Positions 1-7,780 of a DNA stretch of 64,000 bases are shown in pieces. The notes below the pieces were generated by a model. It searched no databases, was not told where the DNA came from, and worked only from the letters and a program-made list of their open reading frames with translations. The first letter of the stretch is position 1. Each line of letters opens with the position of its first letter. Position numbers and translations under genes: made by a program. This DNA is from Candidatus Babelota bacterium (GTDB lineage Bacteria; Babelota; Babeliae; Babelales; JABDEC01): positions 104,970 to 168,969 of the forward strand of contig JABDFA010000001.1 in assembly GCA_013286795.1 (NCBI GenBank), written 5' to 3'.

Positions 1-1
1 T

Positions 2-721
2 GAGCATGCTTTAGATTCTGGACACGCAACAAAGTTGGGTGTTAATATTAATGATTTAATCATTTCCCAGCCAGATTATGGGGAGCAGGCTCTAGAGATT
101 GCAGAACTTTTGATCAGGTCAAATGCTATTGATATAATAGTTATTGACTCAGTTGCTGCGCTTGTTCCAAAGGCAGAACTTGAAGGAGATATGGGTGATG
201 TTCATATGGGGCTTCAAGCCAGATTAATGTCCCAAGCATTAAGAAAGCTTACTTCAATTGTTCATAAATCAAAAACTGTTTTGATTTTTATAAATCAAAT
301 TAGGCAAAATATAAGCAGTATGGCTTTTGGAAATAAAGAGACTACCACTGGTGGAAATGCTTTGAAATTTTATTCATCATTAAGATTAGATATTCGCAAG
401 ATTGCTTCTTTGAAAAAAGAAGAGGATCACTTTGGCAATAGGGTTTCTATTAAAGTTGTAAAAAATAAGATGGCTCCTCCTTTTAAGAAAGTTGAAGTGG
501 ATCTTTTATTTAATGAAGGTATAAGTCCTGAGTTAGAGCTTTTAGATGCGGCAATTAATTATAACATTATTAGTAAATCCGGATCTTGGCTTTCTTTTAA
601 AGGAAAGCAATTGGCTCAAGGTAGAGAACAAGCTTTAATTTATTTAAAGAGTAATAAAGAAATTACACAAGAGTTGCTTGGTTTAGTTAAAAATGAAATA
701 GAATCTGTTAAGGTATTATAA
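2..721 (+). CDS. recA: Recombinase RecA, C-terminal ~240 aa (5' end lies upstream of the window)
   Basis: The frame is open from base 2 ([33 protein letters not shown]). RecA core strings are present: [62 protein letters not shown]. The TTG at 35 in the ORF track is internal, not the start. Confidence 0.95.
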   Translation, partial: EHALDSGHATKLGVNINDLIISQPDYGEQALEIAELLIRSNAIDIIVIDSVAALVPKAELEGDMGDVHMGLQARLMSQALRKLTSIVHKSKTVLIFINQIRQNISSMAFGNKETTTGGNALKFYSSLRLDIRKIASLKKEEDHFGNRVSIKVVKNKMAPPFKKVEVDLLFNEGISPELELLDAAINYNIISKSGSWLSFKGKQLAQGREQALIYLKSNKEITQELLGLVKNEIESVKVL

Positions 722-756
722 TTGTTAGTTAATTTTATTAGTCTAGAAGGAACTTT

Positions 757-1299
757 GTGGCATTGAAGGATAACAAATCGCCATTGGTCAACGAAAAAAT
801 TCGTGTTGACAGGTTACAATTAATTACTCATGACGGCCAAAATATAGGCGTCGTTTCAAGAAATGAAGCTCTTCAAAGAGCAAGGGAGGCTGATCTTGAT
901 CTTGTTTTGATTTCCGAACAAGGTGGAGAAGGTTTTCCTGTAGCTAAAATTCTTGATTTCGGTAAAATTTTATATTCCAAAAAAAAGAAGGCGACCGAAG
1001 CTAAAAAGAAGCAAAAAGTTATTAAAATAAAGGAAATAAAAATTAGGCCCAAAATAGGCGAACATGATTTGCAAATTAAACTTAAGCAATGCATTCAATT
1101 TTTAGCCGAAGGCAAAAGAGTTAAGTTTACTTTAAATTTTAAAGGTAGAGAGGCGGCCACAAAAAATGAGGTGGGTCCTGCTTTATTTAATAAAGTAGAT
1201 TCTGCTTTTAAAGATGCCGCATTAAAGAATTTAGAAAATGAGCCGGATTCAAAAATGGGGTCAACTTGGTCAAGAATTTATTATTTAAAAGGTAATTAA
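757..1299 (+). CDS. infC: Translation initiation factor IF-3
   Basis: INEKIRVDRLQLI..G..GVVSRNEALQRAREADLDLVLIS, then a K-rich linker and KEIKIRPKIGEHDLQIK..FLAEGKRVKF, typical of the IF-3 N and C domains. GTG start at 757 with GAAGG 6 nt upstream; a non-AUG start is usual for infC. Conserved infC-rpmI-rplT order. Confidence 0.93.
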   Translation: MALKDNKSPLVNEKIRVDRLQLITHDGQNIGVVSRNEALQRAREADLDLVLISEQGGEGFPVAKILDFGKILYSKKKKATEAKKKQKVIKIKEIKIRPKIGEHDLQIKLKQCIQFLAEGKRVKFTLNFKGREAATKNEVGPALFNKVDSAFKDAALKNLENEPDSKMGSTWSRIYYLKGN

Positions 1300-1312
1300 C
1301 GGGAATATCAAT

Positions 1313-1507
1313 ATGCCAAAAATGAGAACCAAATCTTCAGCAAAGAAAAGATTTACCAAAACAGCTTCAGGAAAGATAAAATATTCCAGGGCTTTTAGGC
1401 GTCATTTATTAACAAAAAAAACAAGGTCCAGAAAAAGAGCATTAAGGGGCGGCGGTTACATCGCTGATGTTGATCATAATAGAGTTGCCCGTTGTTTGCC
1501 ATATTAA
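1313..1507 (+). CDS. rpmI: 50S ribosomal protein L35
   Basis: 64-aa basic protein MPKMRTKSSAKKRFTKTASGKIK..RAFRRHLLTKK, lying between infC and rplT. Confidence 0.93.
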   Translation: MPKMRTKSSAKKRFTKTASGKIKYSRAFRRHLLTKKTRSRKRALRGGGYIADVDHNRVARCLPY

Positions 1508-1533
1508 TTTTTAATAAATTTGAAGGATAAATC

Positions 1534-1881
1534 ATGACAAGAATTAAACGAGGTACGTCTACCAAAAAAAGACATAAACGCGTATTTAAGCAAACAGAAG
1601 GTTTTTGGGGACAACGCAAAAATGTTTACAAGCGAGCTAAGGATACTTTAATTCGCGCTTGGGCCTTTGCTTTTAAGGGCAGAAAATTAAAAAAACGTGA
1701 CATGAGGTCACTGTTTATTGTTCGAATTAATGCTGCTTCCAGGGTCCACGGTTTATCGTATAATCAGTTTATACATGGCTTAAAACAAGCCAATGTTGAA
1801 ATTGATAGAAAAATGTTAAGCCAATTAGCTATTTTTGAACCAAATGCTTTTTCCAAATTAGCTAGTTTAGCAAAAAAATAA
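1534..1881 (+). CDS. rplT: 50S ribosomal protein L20
   Basis: MTRIKRGTSTKKRHKRVFKQTEGFWGQRKNVYKRAK...INAASRVHGLSYNQFIHGLK is a typical L20 sequence, last gene of the infC operon. Confidence 0.95.
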   Translation: MTRIKRGTSTKKRHKRVFKQTEGFWGQRKNVYKRAKDTLIRAWAFAFKGRKLKKRDMRSLFIVRINAASRVHGLSYNQFIHGLKQANVEIDRKMLSQLAIFEPNAFSKLASLAKK

Positions 1882-1910
1882 TTTTTATTGACCCAATATA
1901 TTAAAGAATA

Positions 1911-1956
1911 GTATACCTAACATTGAAGCTAAATTTAATGTTAGGTATATTTTTTA
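1911..1956 (+). terminator. Rho-independent terminator of the infC-rpmI-rplT operon
   Basis: A 13-14 bp perfect stem (1912-1924 TATACCTAACATT pairs with 1937-1949 AATGTTAGGTATA) is followed by T-run 1950-1955. It lies 30 nt after the rplT stop. Confidence 0.8.
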
Positions 1957-1968
1957 GGGAGAGTAAAA

Positions 1969-2211
1969 ATGGAACAATTAAGTATATTAGAAAAAAAGGT
2001 ATTAGAGCTTGTTGAAACAATCAAAAAACAAAAACAAGAAATTGTATTGCTGTCTGAAGAAAATATAAAGCTAAAGAATGATATAGAAAATCTTGAAACA
2101 GCTTTGCTTTCTGATCAAAATGAAGTTGGTCAAGAAAAAGAGCTAACTAAGCTTGTAGTTGAAGGTTTAATTAAGGATATAGATGCCTTAGTTTCCAGTG
2201 AGCAGAGATAA
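1969..2211 (+). CDS. Small coiled-coil protein, ZapB-like (cell-division associated) by position and composition
   Basis: 80 aa with heptad-like leucine/isoleucine spacing (LEKKVLELVETIKKQKQEIVLLSEENIKLKNDIENLE). RBS AGGGAGAG. The stop overlaps the zapA-like start (ATGA at 2208-2211). Confidence 0.45.
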   Translation: MEQLSILEKKVLELVETIKKQKQEIVLLSEENIKLKNDIENLETALLSDQNEVGQEKELTKLVVEGLIKDIDALVSSEQR

Positions 2212-2489
2212 TGATCAGTGATTCTAAAAAACATCAAATAGAAATTCTTGGGCAAAATTATACTATTATAAGTGATGAAACTGATTCTGATATAGAAAAA
2301 ATTGTTTATATGGTTAATTCTTTTTTAAAAGAAATTATTTCCAAATCTCCTCAAATAGATCACACTAAAGCAATAGTTTTTGTTGCTTTAAAATTGGCAA
2401 ATAATACAATTAAACTGGAAAATTTAATTTCTAATTATGAAGAATATAATACAAAAATCATTGGAAGAATTGAGCAGGAACTATATTAA
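2211..2489 (+). CDS. zapA: Cell division protein ZapA-like
   Basis: 92 aa. HQIEILGQNYTIISDETDSDIEKIVYMVNSFLKEI..AIVFVALKLANN matches the ZapA pattern (V.I.G..Y.i....e.yl..lA..vn). Translationally coupled to the upstream coiled-coil gene. Confidence 0.7.
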   Translation: MISDSKKHQIEILGQNYTIISDETDSDIEKIVYMVNSFLKEIISKSPQIDHTKAIVFVALKLANNTIKLENLISNYEEYNTKIIGRIEQELY

Positions 2490-2606
2490 ATAATTAATTA
2501 GGTGTTATTTTTCAACTTTTTAGTTAAAAATCATGTTCAGTACACTTTTAATATTGTATAATATAAGTTACCGAACTTATATATTTATACTTATTAGGAA
2601 ATACTC

Positions 2607-4172
2607 ATGATTGAATTAATGTATACTATAATAGGAACTTGTTTCGCTTTATTGACCCTCATAATATTATTTTTTGTCTTTTACTTGAAAAGACGTGTAA
2701 ATTATGCAAATAAACTTATATCTGAGTCCAAATCTGTTTCAGATAAAATTAAAAAAGATATAGAAGAAGAGCGTAAGGATTCCCTTGCCAAAATTAAAGA
2801 TGAAATACATAAGCGTAAAAAAGATTTTGAACTTGAGATGAAGCGTGAGCGTATTGATATTGAACGCTTGCAAAATAGATTAAACCTAAAAAATGAAGAA
2901 TTAGATCAAAAGGAAAAGCGAATTGATGGGTTAAGCAGCGATCTTCAACAAAAGGAAAGGGAACTTATTCGTACCTCTGACATGCTTAGGGTAAATGAAA
3001 ATAAATTAAAGTCTCTTTATAGTGAATATGTTACAAAATTGGAAAATGTTAGTGGCATGACAAGAGAAGAGGCTAAAGTAGATTTATTTCATTCATTAGA
3101 ATCAGAAATTCATCATTCTAATGAAAAATGGATTCAAAAAATAGAGGAAGAGGCCAGACAGGAAGCAAAGGAAAGATCTATTCAAATTATTGTTACTGCC
3201 ATGCAAAGGTATACGGCCGATCAAGTGACAGCCAACTCTTCATCTGTTGTTCATTTACCTAATGAAGAAATGAAAGGCAGAATAATAGGTAAAGAGGGTC
3301 GAAATATTAAATCTCTTGAAATGGCTACCGGTATGGAATTTATTATTGGAGAAACTCCAGAAGTTATTACTATATCAGGTTTTAATCCTATAAGAAGAGA
3401 AATCGCAAGGCGCACATTGGAGAAACTTATAGCTGATGGTAGAATTAATCCTACAAGAATTGAAGAGACCGTTGCCCAATGTGAAAAAGAAATGGATGAA
3501 ATGATTCAGGAGTTTGGTAAAGAAGTTATTATGCACTTTAATTTGCAAGGAGTAAATCCTGAAATTGTTAGTCTATTGGGTAAATTACATTTCAGAACTA
3601 GTTATACGCAAAATGTATTAGAGCACAGCAAAGAAGTAGGAATTTTTGCTAGGATGATAGCTCAAGATTTAGGACTAGATGGGGAAATAGCTTTAAGAGC
3701 AGGATTATTTCATGATATAGGCAAGGCTGTAACATCTGAAGTGGAAGGACCGCACGCATTAATTGGTGCAGATATAGCAAAAAGGTGTGGAGAGGATCCT
3801 AGAGTTGTTAATGCAATTGCTGCACATCATGAAGAAGTGCCTTTTTTATCTGTATATGCTCCTATCGTAGTTATAGCTGATACAATTTCTGCATCTAGAC
3901 CGGGTGCTCGACGTGAAACTCTTACTGCGTATGTCAAAAGATTGGAAAAACTTGAAGAGATAGGTAAATCTTTTTCCGGTGTAAAAAAAGTTTATGCTTT
4001 ACAAGCAGGGCGTGAGGTAAGAATAATAGTAGAAGAAGATTATATTGATGATGAAAAGGCAATGATTTTAGCTCGTGACATAGCAAAAAAGATAGAAAAA
4101 GAGATGACTTTTCCAGGGCAAATAAAAGTAAACGTAATTCGAGAAAAACGATCTATAGAATATGCAAGGTAA
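2607..4172 (+). CDS. rny: Ribonuclease Y (N-terminal TM helix, coiled coil, KH domain, HD domain)
   Basis: TM helix at the N-terminus. KH motif GRIIGKEGRNIKSLEMATG. HD domain LEHSKEVGIFARMIAQDLG...GLFHDIGKA...AAHHE. Ends KVNVIREKRSIEYAR, typical of RNase Y. Confidence 0.93.
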   Translation: MIELMYTIIGTCFALLTLIILFFVFYLKRRVNYANKLISESKSVSDKIKKDIEEERKDSLAKIKDEIHKRKKDFELEMKRERIDIERLQNRLNLKNEELDQKEKRIDGLSSDLQQKERELIRTSDMLRVNENKLKSLYSEYVTKLENVSGMTREEAKVDLFHSLESEIHHSNEKWIQKIEEEARQEAKERSIQIIVTAMQRYTADQVTANSSSVVHLPNEEMKGRIIGKEGRNIKSLEMATGMEFIIGETPEVITISGFNPIRREIARRTLEKLIADGRINPTRIEETVAQCEKEMDEMIQEFGKEVIMHFNLQGVNPEIVSLLGKLHFRTSYTQNVLEHSKEVGIFARMIAQDLGLDGEIALRAGLFHDIGKAVTSEVEGPHALIGADIAKRCGEDPRVVNAIAAHHEEVPFLSVYAPIVVIADTISASRPGARRETLTAYVKRLEKLEEIGKSFSGVKKVYALQAGREVRIIVEEDYIDDEKAMILARDIAKKIEKEMTFPGQIKVNVIREKRSIEYAR

Positions 4173-4178
4173 GCGTTT

Positions 4179-5009
4179 ATGAAAAAAAACATTAAGATTT
4201 TGTTTATTGGAGATGTTGTTGGTCAATTGGGTCAAGCTGTCTTTCAAAAACATATAGACCGTATTAAAAAACAGTATGATATTGATGGTATTATTGTCAA
4301 TGGTGAAAATAGTCATTCATTGGGACGCGGTATTACACCACGGATTGTAAATTTCTTTAAGCATAATGGTGTAAATGTTATAACAAGTGGAAATCATATT
4401 TGGGCCCGAAAAGAAATTATACCTTATTTAACTCAACATACTGATCTTTTGCGTCCAGCAAATTTTCCTAGCTCTTGTCCAGGTGTAGGTGTAACAACAT
4501 TTAATTGTGCCGGTATAGTTGTCGGCATAATAAATTTGCAGGGTCGCATTTTCATGAAAGAATATGTAGATTGCCCATTTCGTACCGCTGATACGCATCT
4601 GACATATTTAAAATCAAAAACAGATATTATATTAGTTGATTTTCATGCGGAAGCATCATCTGAAAAAATAGGTATAGCTTTATATCTAGATGGTAGAGTT
4701 AGCGCCGTTGTCGGCACTCATACGCATGTTCAGACAGCAGATGAAAGAGTGTTGCCAAAAGGAACAGCTTTTATAACCGATTTGGGAATGTCTGGAGCTC
4801 TGAATTCAATGATAGGCATGAAAAAAGATTCAGTGTTGCCCAATTTCTTAACACAAATGCCTTCAAAATTTGAAGTTGATATTGTCCCTCCAGCGCTTTT
4901 AAGTGGCGCTGTAATAGAAATTGATTCAGATTCCGGAAAGTCTCTCAATATTCAACGTATTAGAATTATTGATGAGAACATTCATGTTGATTCTGCAATT
5001 TCTGATTAA
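4179..5009 (+). CDS. ymdB: YmdB-family metallophosphoesterase (2',3'-cyclic-nucleotide phosphodiesterase family)
   Basis: MKKNIKILFIGDVVGQLG...IVNGENS..GRGIT...ITSGNHIW...VDFHAEASSEK...GTHTHVQTADERVLP.GTAFITDLGMSG carries the calcineurin-like metal ligands in YmdB order. It lies directly after rny, as in Firmicutes. Confidence 0.85.
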   Translation: MKKNIKILFIGDVVGQLGQAVFQKHIDRIKKQYDIDGIIVNGENSHSLGRGITPRIVNFFKHNGVNVITSGNHIWARKEIIPYLTQHTDLLRPANFPSSCPGVGVTTFNCAGIVVGIINLQGRIFMKEYVDCPFRTADTHLTYLKSKTDIILVDFHAEASSEKIGIALYLDGRVSAVVGTHTHVQTADERVLPKGTAFITDLGMSGALNSMIGMKKDSVLPNFLTQMPSKFEVDIVPPALLSGAVIEIDSDSGKSLNIQRIRIIDENIHVDSAISD

Positions 5010-5018
5010 ACTTCAAAT

Positions 5019-6203
5019 TTAACTTATTATACAACCAGATTCTTTTTGTTTAGATACTGGTTGGGTTAACCAAGATTCTTGTTCATGTTTAAACTTAATA
5101 AATTCTTCATCAGGAAGATCTAAAGACATTGCTTGATTGCTCCATATTTTTATTGAGTTATCAAACGATCCAGACGCTAATTTATTTTCTGACAGTAAAC
5201 ATAATGAAGAAACTAAACTATCATGACCTTTTAAAGTAGCTATGCATTTATGAGAAGCAAGATCCAATATTTTTATTGTTTTATCAAAGGAAGCAGCAGC
5301 TAATTTATTTCCTGATAATAAGCATATCGAATAAACTGTACTATAAAGACCTTCTAAAGTAGATATGCATTTATGAGAAGCAAGATCCCATATCTTTATT
5401 GTTCCATCTATAGAATTAGAAGCTAATCTGTTTCCTGGTAATACACATACTGAATAAACCCCACCTTTATGATCCTTAAGGGTTTGTTCACAATCGCCAG
5501 AATTTAAATCCCATATTTTTATTGTTTGGTCCCAAGAGGCAGAAGCTAATTTATTTCCTGGTAATAAACATACTGAATAAGCACAATCTTTATGACCTTT
5601 TAAGGTAGCCATACATTTATGAGAAACAAGATCCCATATTTTTATTTTATTATCAGAATCTCCAGAGGCTAATTTATTTTCCGATAATGCACATATTGAA
5701 TGAACCCTATGATTATGGCCTTTTAAAGTGTATATGCATTTGTGAGAAGTAAGATCCCATATTTTTATTGTTTGGTCCCAAGAGGCGGAAGCTAATTTAT
5801 TTTTTGGCAATAGACATATTGAATTGATCAAGTCAGTATGACCTTCCAAAGTAGCTACACATTGATTCGAATTAAGGTCCCATATTTTTATTGTTTTATC
5901 TTTAGAAGCAGAAGCTAATTTATTTCCTGGTAATGCACATACTGAACTAATGTCATGTTCATGACCTGTTAAAGTTCGTTCACATTCCCACTCATTTTTA
6001 ATCGGATCATATTCTTGCACGAGTTTAGCTAAATCAGGTATTAAATGCTCTCTTAAGCAAGCGCTGCGATACTCATTTATTCTGGTTTCTAATGCAGAAG
6101 GGGTCTCTTTTTTTTCTTTTAACTCAGCTGCATTTATGCAAAATGGCAGAGCTAGAATTAATAGTTTTATTTTTAATACTCTATCTATTTTAATATTCTC
6201 CAT
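5019..6203 (-). CDS. Exported 7-blade WD40 repeat protein with an N-terminal HLIPDLAKLVQEYDP motif and a C-terminal CaaX box (CIIS)
   Basis: Seven 42-aa repeats of the form GH....V.S.C.LP.NKLASAS.D.TIKIWDL.S..C..TL. The leader MENIKIDRVLKIKLLILALPFCINA is signal-peptide-like. I place the start at ATG 6203-6201, overlapping the upstream stop as TAATG, rather than the track start at 6221. Confidence 0.85.
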   Translation of the reverse strand: MENIKIDRVLKIKLLILALPFCINAAELKEKKETPSALETRINEYRSACLREHLIPDLAKLVQEYDPIKNEWECERTLTGHEHDISSVCALPGNKLASASKDKTIKIWDLNSNQCVATLEGHTDLINSICLLPKNKLASASWDQTIKIWDLTSHKCIYTLKGHNHRVHSICALSENKLASGDSDNKIKIWDLVSHKCMATLKGHKDCAYSVCLLPGNKLASASWDQTIKIWDLNSGDCEQTLKDHKGGVYSVCVLPGNRLASNSIDGTIKIWDLASHKCISTLEGLYSTVYSICLLSGNKLAAASFDKTIKILDLASHKCIATLKGHDSLVSSLCLLSENKLASGSFDNSIKIWSNQAMSLDLPDEEFIKFKHEQESWLTQPVSKQKESGCIIS

Positions 6204-7363
6204 TATTTTTGGGTTACCCAAGATTCTTTTTCATGCATAAATTTAAGAAATTCTTCATCTGTAGGTCCTGAAGTTATTACTGGGTTGCTCCATATTTTTA
6301 TTGTTTTATCAAAGGAAGCAGAAATTAATTTATTTTCTGGAGATGCACATAGTGATGTAGGTTGACCTTTATGACCTTCCAAAGAAGTAGTAACTTGGCG
6401 TTTATTAAGATCCCATATCTCTATTATACCACTAGTCCGATATGAAGAAGCTAATTTATTTCCTGGTAATGAACATATTTTTAAAATTAGGATAGCATCG
6501 CTTTGTAAAGCAACCTCACATTTACCAGAATCCGACTTCGCTGGAGCTTCGTCGGACAGGGTTAAATTCCATATTATTATTATCCTACCAGCACTAGAAG
6601 CTAACTTATTTCCTGGCAATACGCACATTGATTCCACACGTCCTGTACGTAGTGCAATTATACATTTATTTGAATTCAAATCCCATATTCTTATTTTTCC
6701 ATCCTGAGTAGTATAAGCTAACTTATTTCCTAGTGATACGCTACATACTGAATCAACTTGTGTATCGCTTTCTAAAACAGTTGTACATTTATTTAAAGTA
6801 AGGTCCCATATTCTTATTGTTTTATCAGCAGAAGCAGAAGCTAATTTATTTCCTGGTAATGCACATACTGAATTAACAGAATCTTCATGACCAGTAAGAG
6901 TTTGTTCACATTTGCCGGAGGTTAAATTCCATATCTTTATTATCTTTGTTGTTTCGCCCCAAGAAACAGAAGCTAATTTATTATCTGGCAATGCGCATAC
7001 TGATCGTACTTTATGATCCTCTAGCGTTTGTTCACATTTACCAGAATTGAGATCCCATATTTTGATTGTATTATCTTGAGAAGCAGAGGCTAATTTATTT
7101 CCTGGTAATAAACATACTGAAATAACACCATATGTATGACCTTCTAAAGTTCGTTCACATTCCCACTTATCTTGAATTGGATCATATTCTTGTACAAGCC
7201 TAGCCAAATTAGGAATTAAATGCTCTCTTAAACAAGCATCACGATGCTCATTTATTCTGGTGACCAAGGCAGAAGGGGTCTCTTTTTTTTCTTTTAACTC
7301 AGTTGCGTTTATGCAAAATGGCAGAGCTAGAATTAACAGGTTTATTTTTAATATTGTATTCAT
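6203..7363 (-). CDS. Exported WD40 repeat protein, a more degenerate paralog of 5019-6203, with an N-terminal HLIPNLARLVQEYDP motif
   Basis: The first ~75 aa are near-identical to the downstream paralog (LLILALPFCINATELKEKKETPSAL..RINE.R.ACLREHLIP.LA.LVQEYDPI...WECERTL.GH). WD blades with the NKLASAS.D.TI[KR]IW[DN]L pattern follow, several of them eroded. Confidence 0.85.
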   Translation of the reverse strand: MNTILKINLLILALPFCINATELKEKKETPSALVTRINEHRDACLREHLIPNLARLVQEYDPIQDKWECERTLEGHTYGVISVCLLPGNKLASASQDNTIKIWDLNSGKCEQTLEDHKVRSVCALPDNKLASVSWGETTKIIKIWNLTSGKCEQTLTGHEDSVNSVCALPGNKLASASADKTIRIWDLTLNKCTTVLESDTQVDSVCSVSLGNKLAYTTQDGKIRIWDLNSNKCIIALRTGRVESMCVLPGNKLASSAGRIIIIWNLTLSDEAPAKSDSGKCEVALQSDAILILKICSLPGNKLASSYRTSGIIEIWDLNKRQVTTSLEGHKGQPTSLCASPENKLISASFDKTIKIWSNPVITSGPTDEEFLKFMHEKESWVTQK

Positions 7364-7407
7364 TTTAATATCCTCTTAAATTAATAGAAAGCCAATTATA
7401 TAATAAT

Positions 7408-7436
7408 AAAATAACATGTTATTATCAAGTTGTCAA
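7408..7436 (-). promoter_or_regulatory. Candidate sigma70-type promoter for the WD40 gene pair
   Basis: On the minus strand: TTGACA (7436-7431), a 17-nt spacer, then TATTTT (7413-7408), about 45 nt upstream of the ATG at 7363. -10-like hexamers are common in AT-rich DNA, so this is weak evidence. Confidence 0.3.
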
Positions 7437-7484
7437 ATTATATGAAAAAAAGAGGGGGGTTTTTAGGGCACTCTCCCTTATAAA

Positions 7485-7523
7485 TGAAAAAACCACCGCA
7501 TTGACGAAACATCAATGCGATGG
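7485..7523 (-). terminator. Rho-independent terminator on the minus strand (recF 3' UTR or end of a small RNA)
   Basis: Arms 7493-7504 and 7512-7523 form a 12-bp stem with one mismatch around a 7-nt loop. On the minus strand the hairpin is followed by TTTTTT (forward A-run 7487-7492). It is GC-rich against an AT-rich background. Confidence 0.55.
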
Positions 7524-7696
7524 AAAAAAGGAGAGTAGTAATGAAGCCTAATTAAGATATAATGTAAAAAAACTCAACGCTTTGATACATTATATATTCC
7601 AGTATCTAGATATTTAGAAAAATGTCAACATTTTATTTTAACTATCTTTTTAAGGCAAAATCTCGATTTTAATTCATATAGAGTTTATTCTACTAC

Positions 7697-7780
7697 GCCA
7701 GAAAACTCAAGCTTTTAAGCTGGGATGAATGGCTTCGAAGAATTTCGCGCGAAACAACGGCTTTTAAGCCGTTGAGCGCT
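7697..7780. repeat. GC-rich cluster of short perfect palindromes immediately downstream of recF
   Basis: AGCTTTTAAGCT (7710-7721), CTTCGAAG (7733-7740), TTTCGCGCGAAA (7743-7754) and CAACGGCTTTTAAGCCGTTG (7755-7774). Read on the minus strand it contains GCGCGAAAT...TCGAAG, also present in the element at 12155-12246. Confidence 0.5.

Noticed and set aside
873-1619. Antisense ORFs 873-1094 and 1395-1619. The same applies to other ORF-track entries: 4068-4316, 4730-4948, 9520-9723, 10344-10529, 11170-11376, 15102-15317, 15405-15617, 17913-18352, 20450-20953, 22623-23003, 26175-26745, 26952-27346, 29361-29609, 31753-32256, 32363-32614, 33009-33517, 33884-34469, 35058-35276, 37509-37709, 39866-40318, 43200-43439, 47958-48176, 52835-53041, 56820-57071, 57189-57374, 57902-58096, 58443-58670, 58806-58991 and 63452-63667.
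   Set aside because: Each lies inside or opposite a gene with clear family motifs and has F/L/I/S-rich composition typical of AT-rich antisense frames. None has a convincing Shine-Dalgarno sequence.
2490-2606. Possible 6S RNA (ssrS) downstream of zapA, as in many bacteria
   Set aside because: The spacer is only 117 nt, shorter than a typical ~180-nt 6S RNA, and extremely AT-rich. It shows only one 7-bp hairpin (ATAAGTT-ACCG-AACTTAT). It is better explained as the rny promoter and 5' UTR, with an extended -10 TGTATAAT at 2555-2562.
5087-5966. ~126-bp periodic DNA repeats that could be mistaken for a satellite or CRISPR-like array
   Set aside because: The period equals one 42-aa WD40 blade and the repeats are in frame within a continuous ORF. 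There is no repeat-spacer structure.
7528-7555. Mini-ORF ATG AAG CCT AAT TAA (MKPN) with a strong AAGGAGAG Shine-Dalgarno on the plus strand
   Set aside because: It has four codons and no downstream plus-strand gene that it could regulate. The SD-like string is probably a by-product of the A/G-rich flank of the minus-strand terminator.
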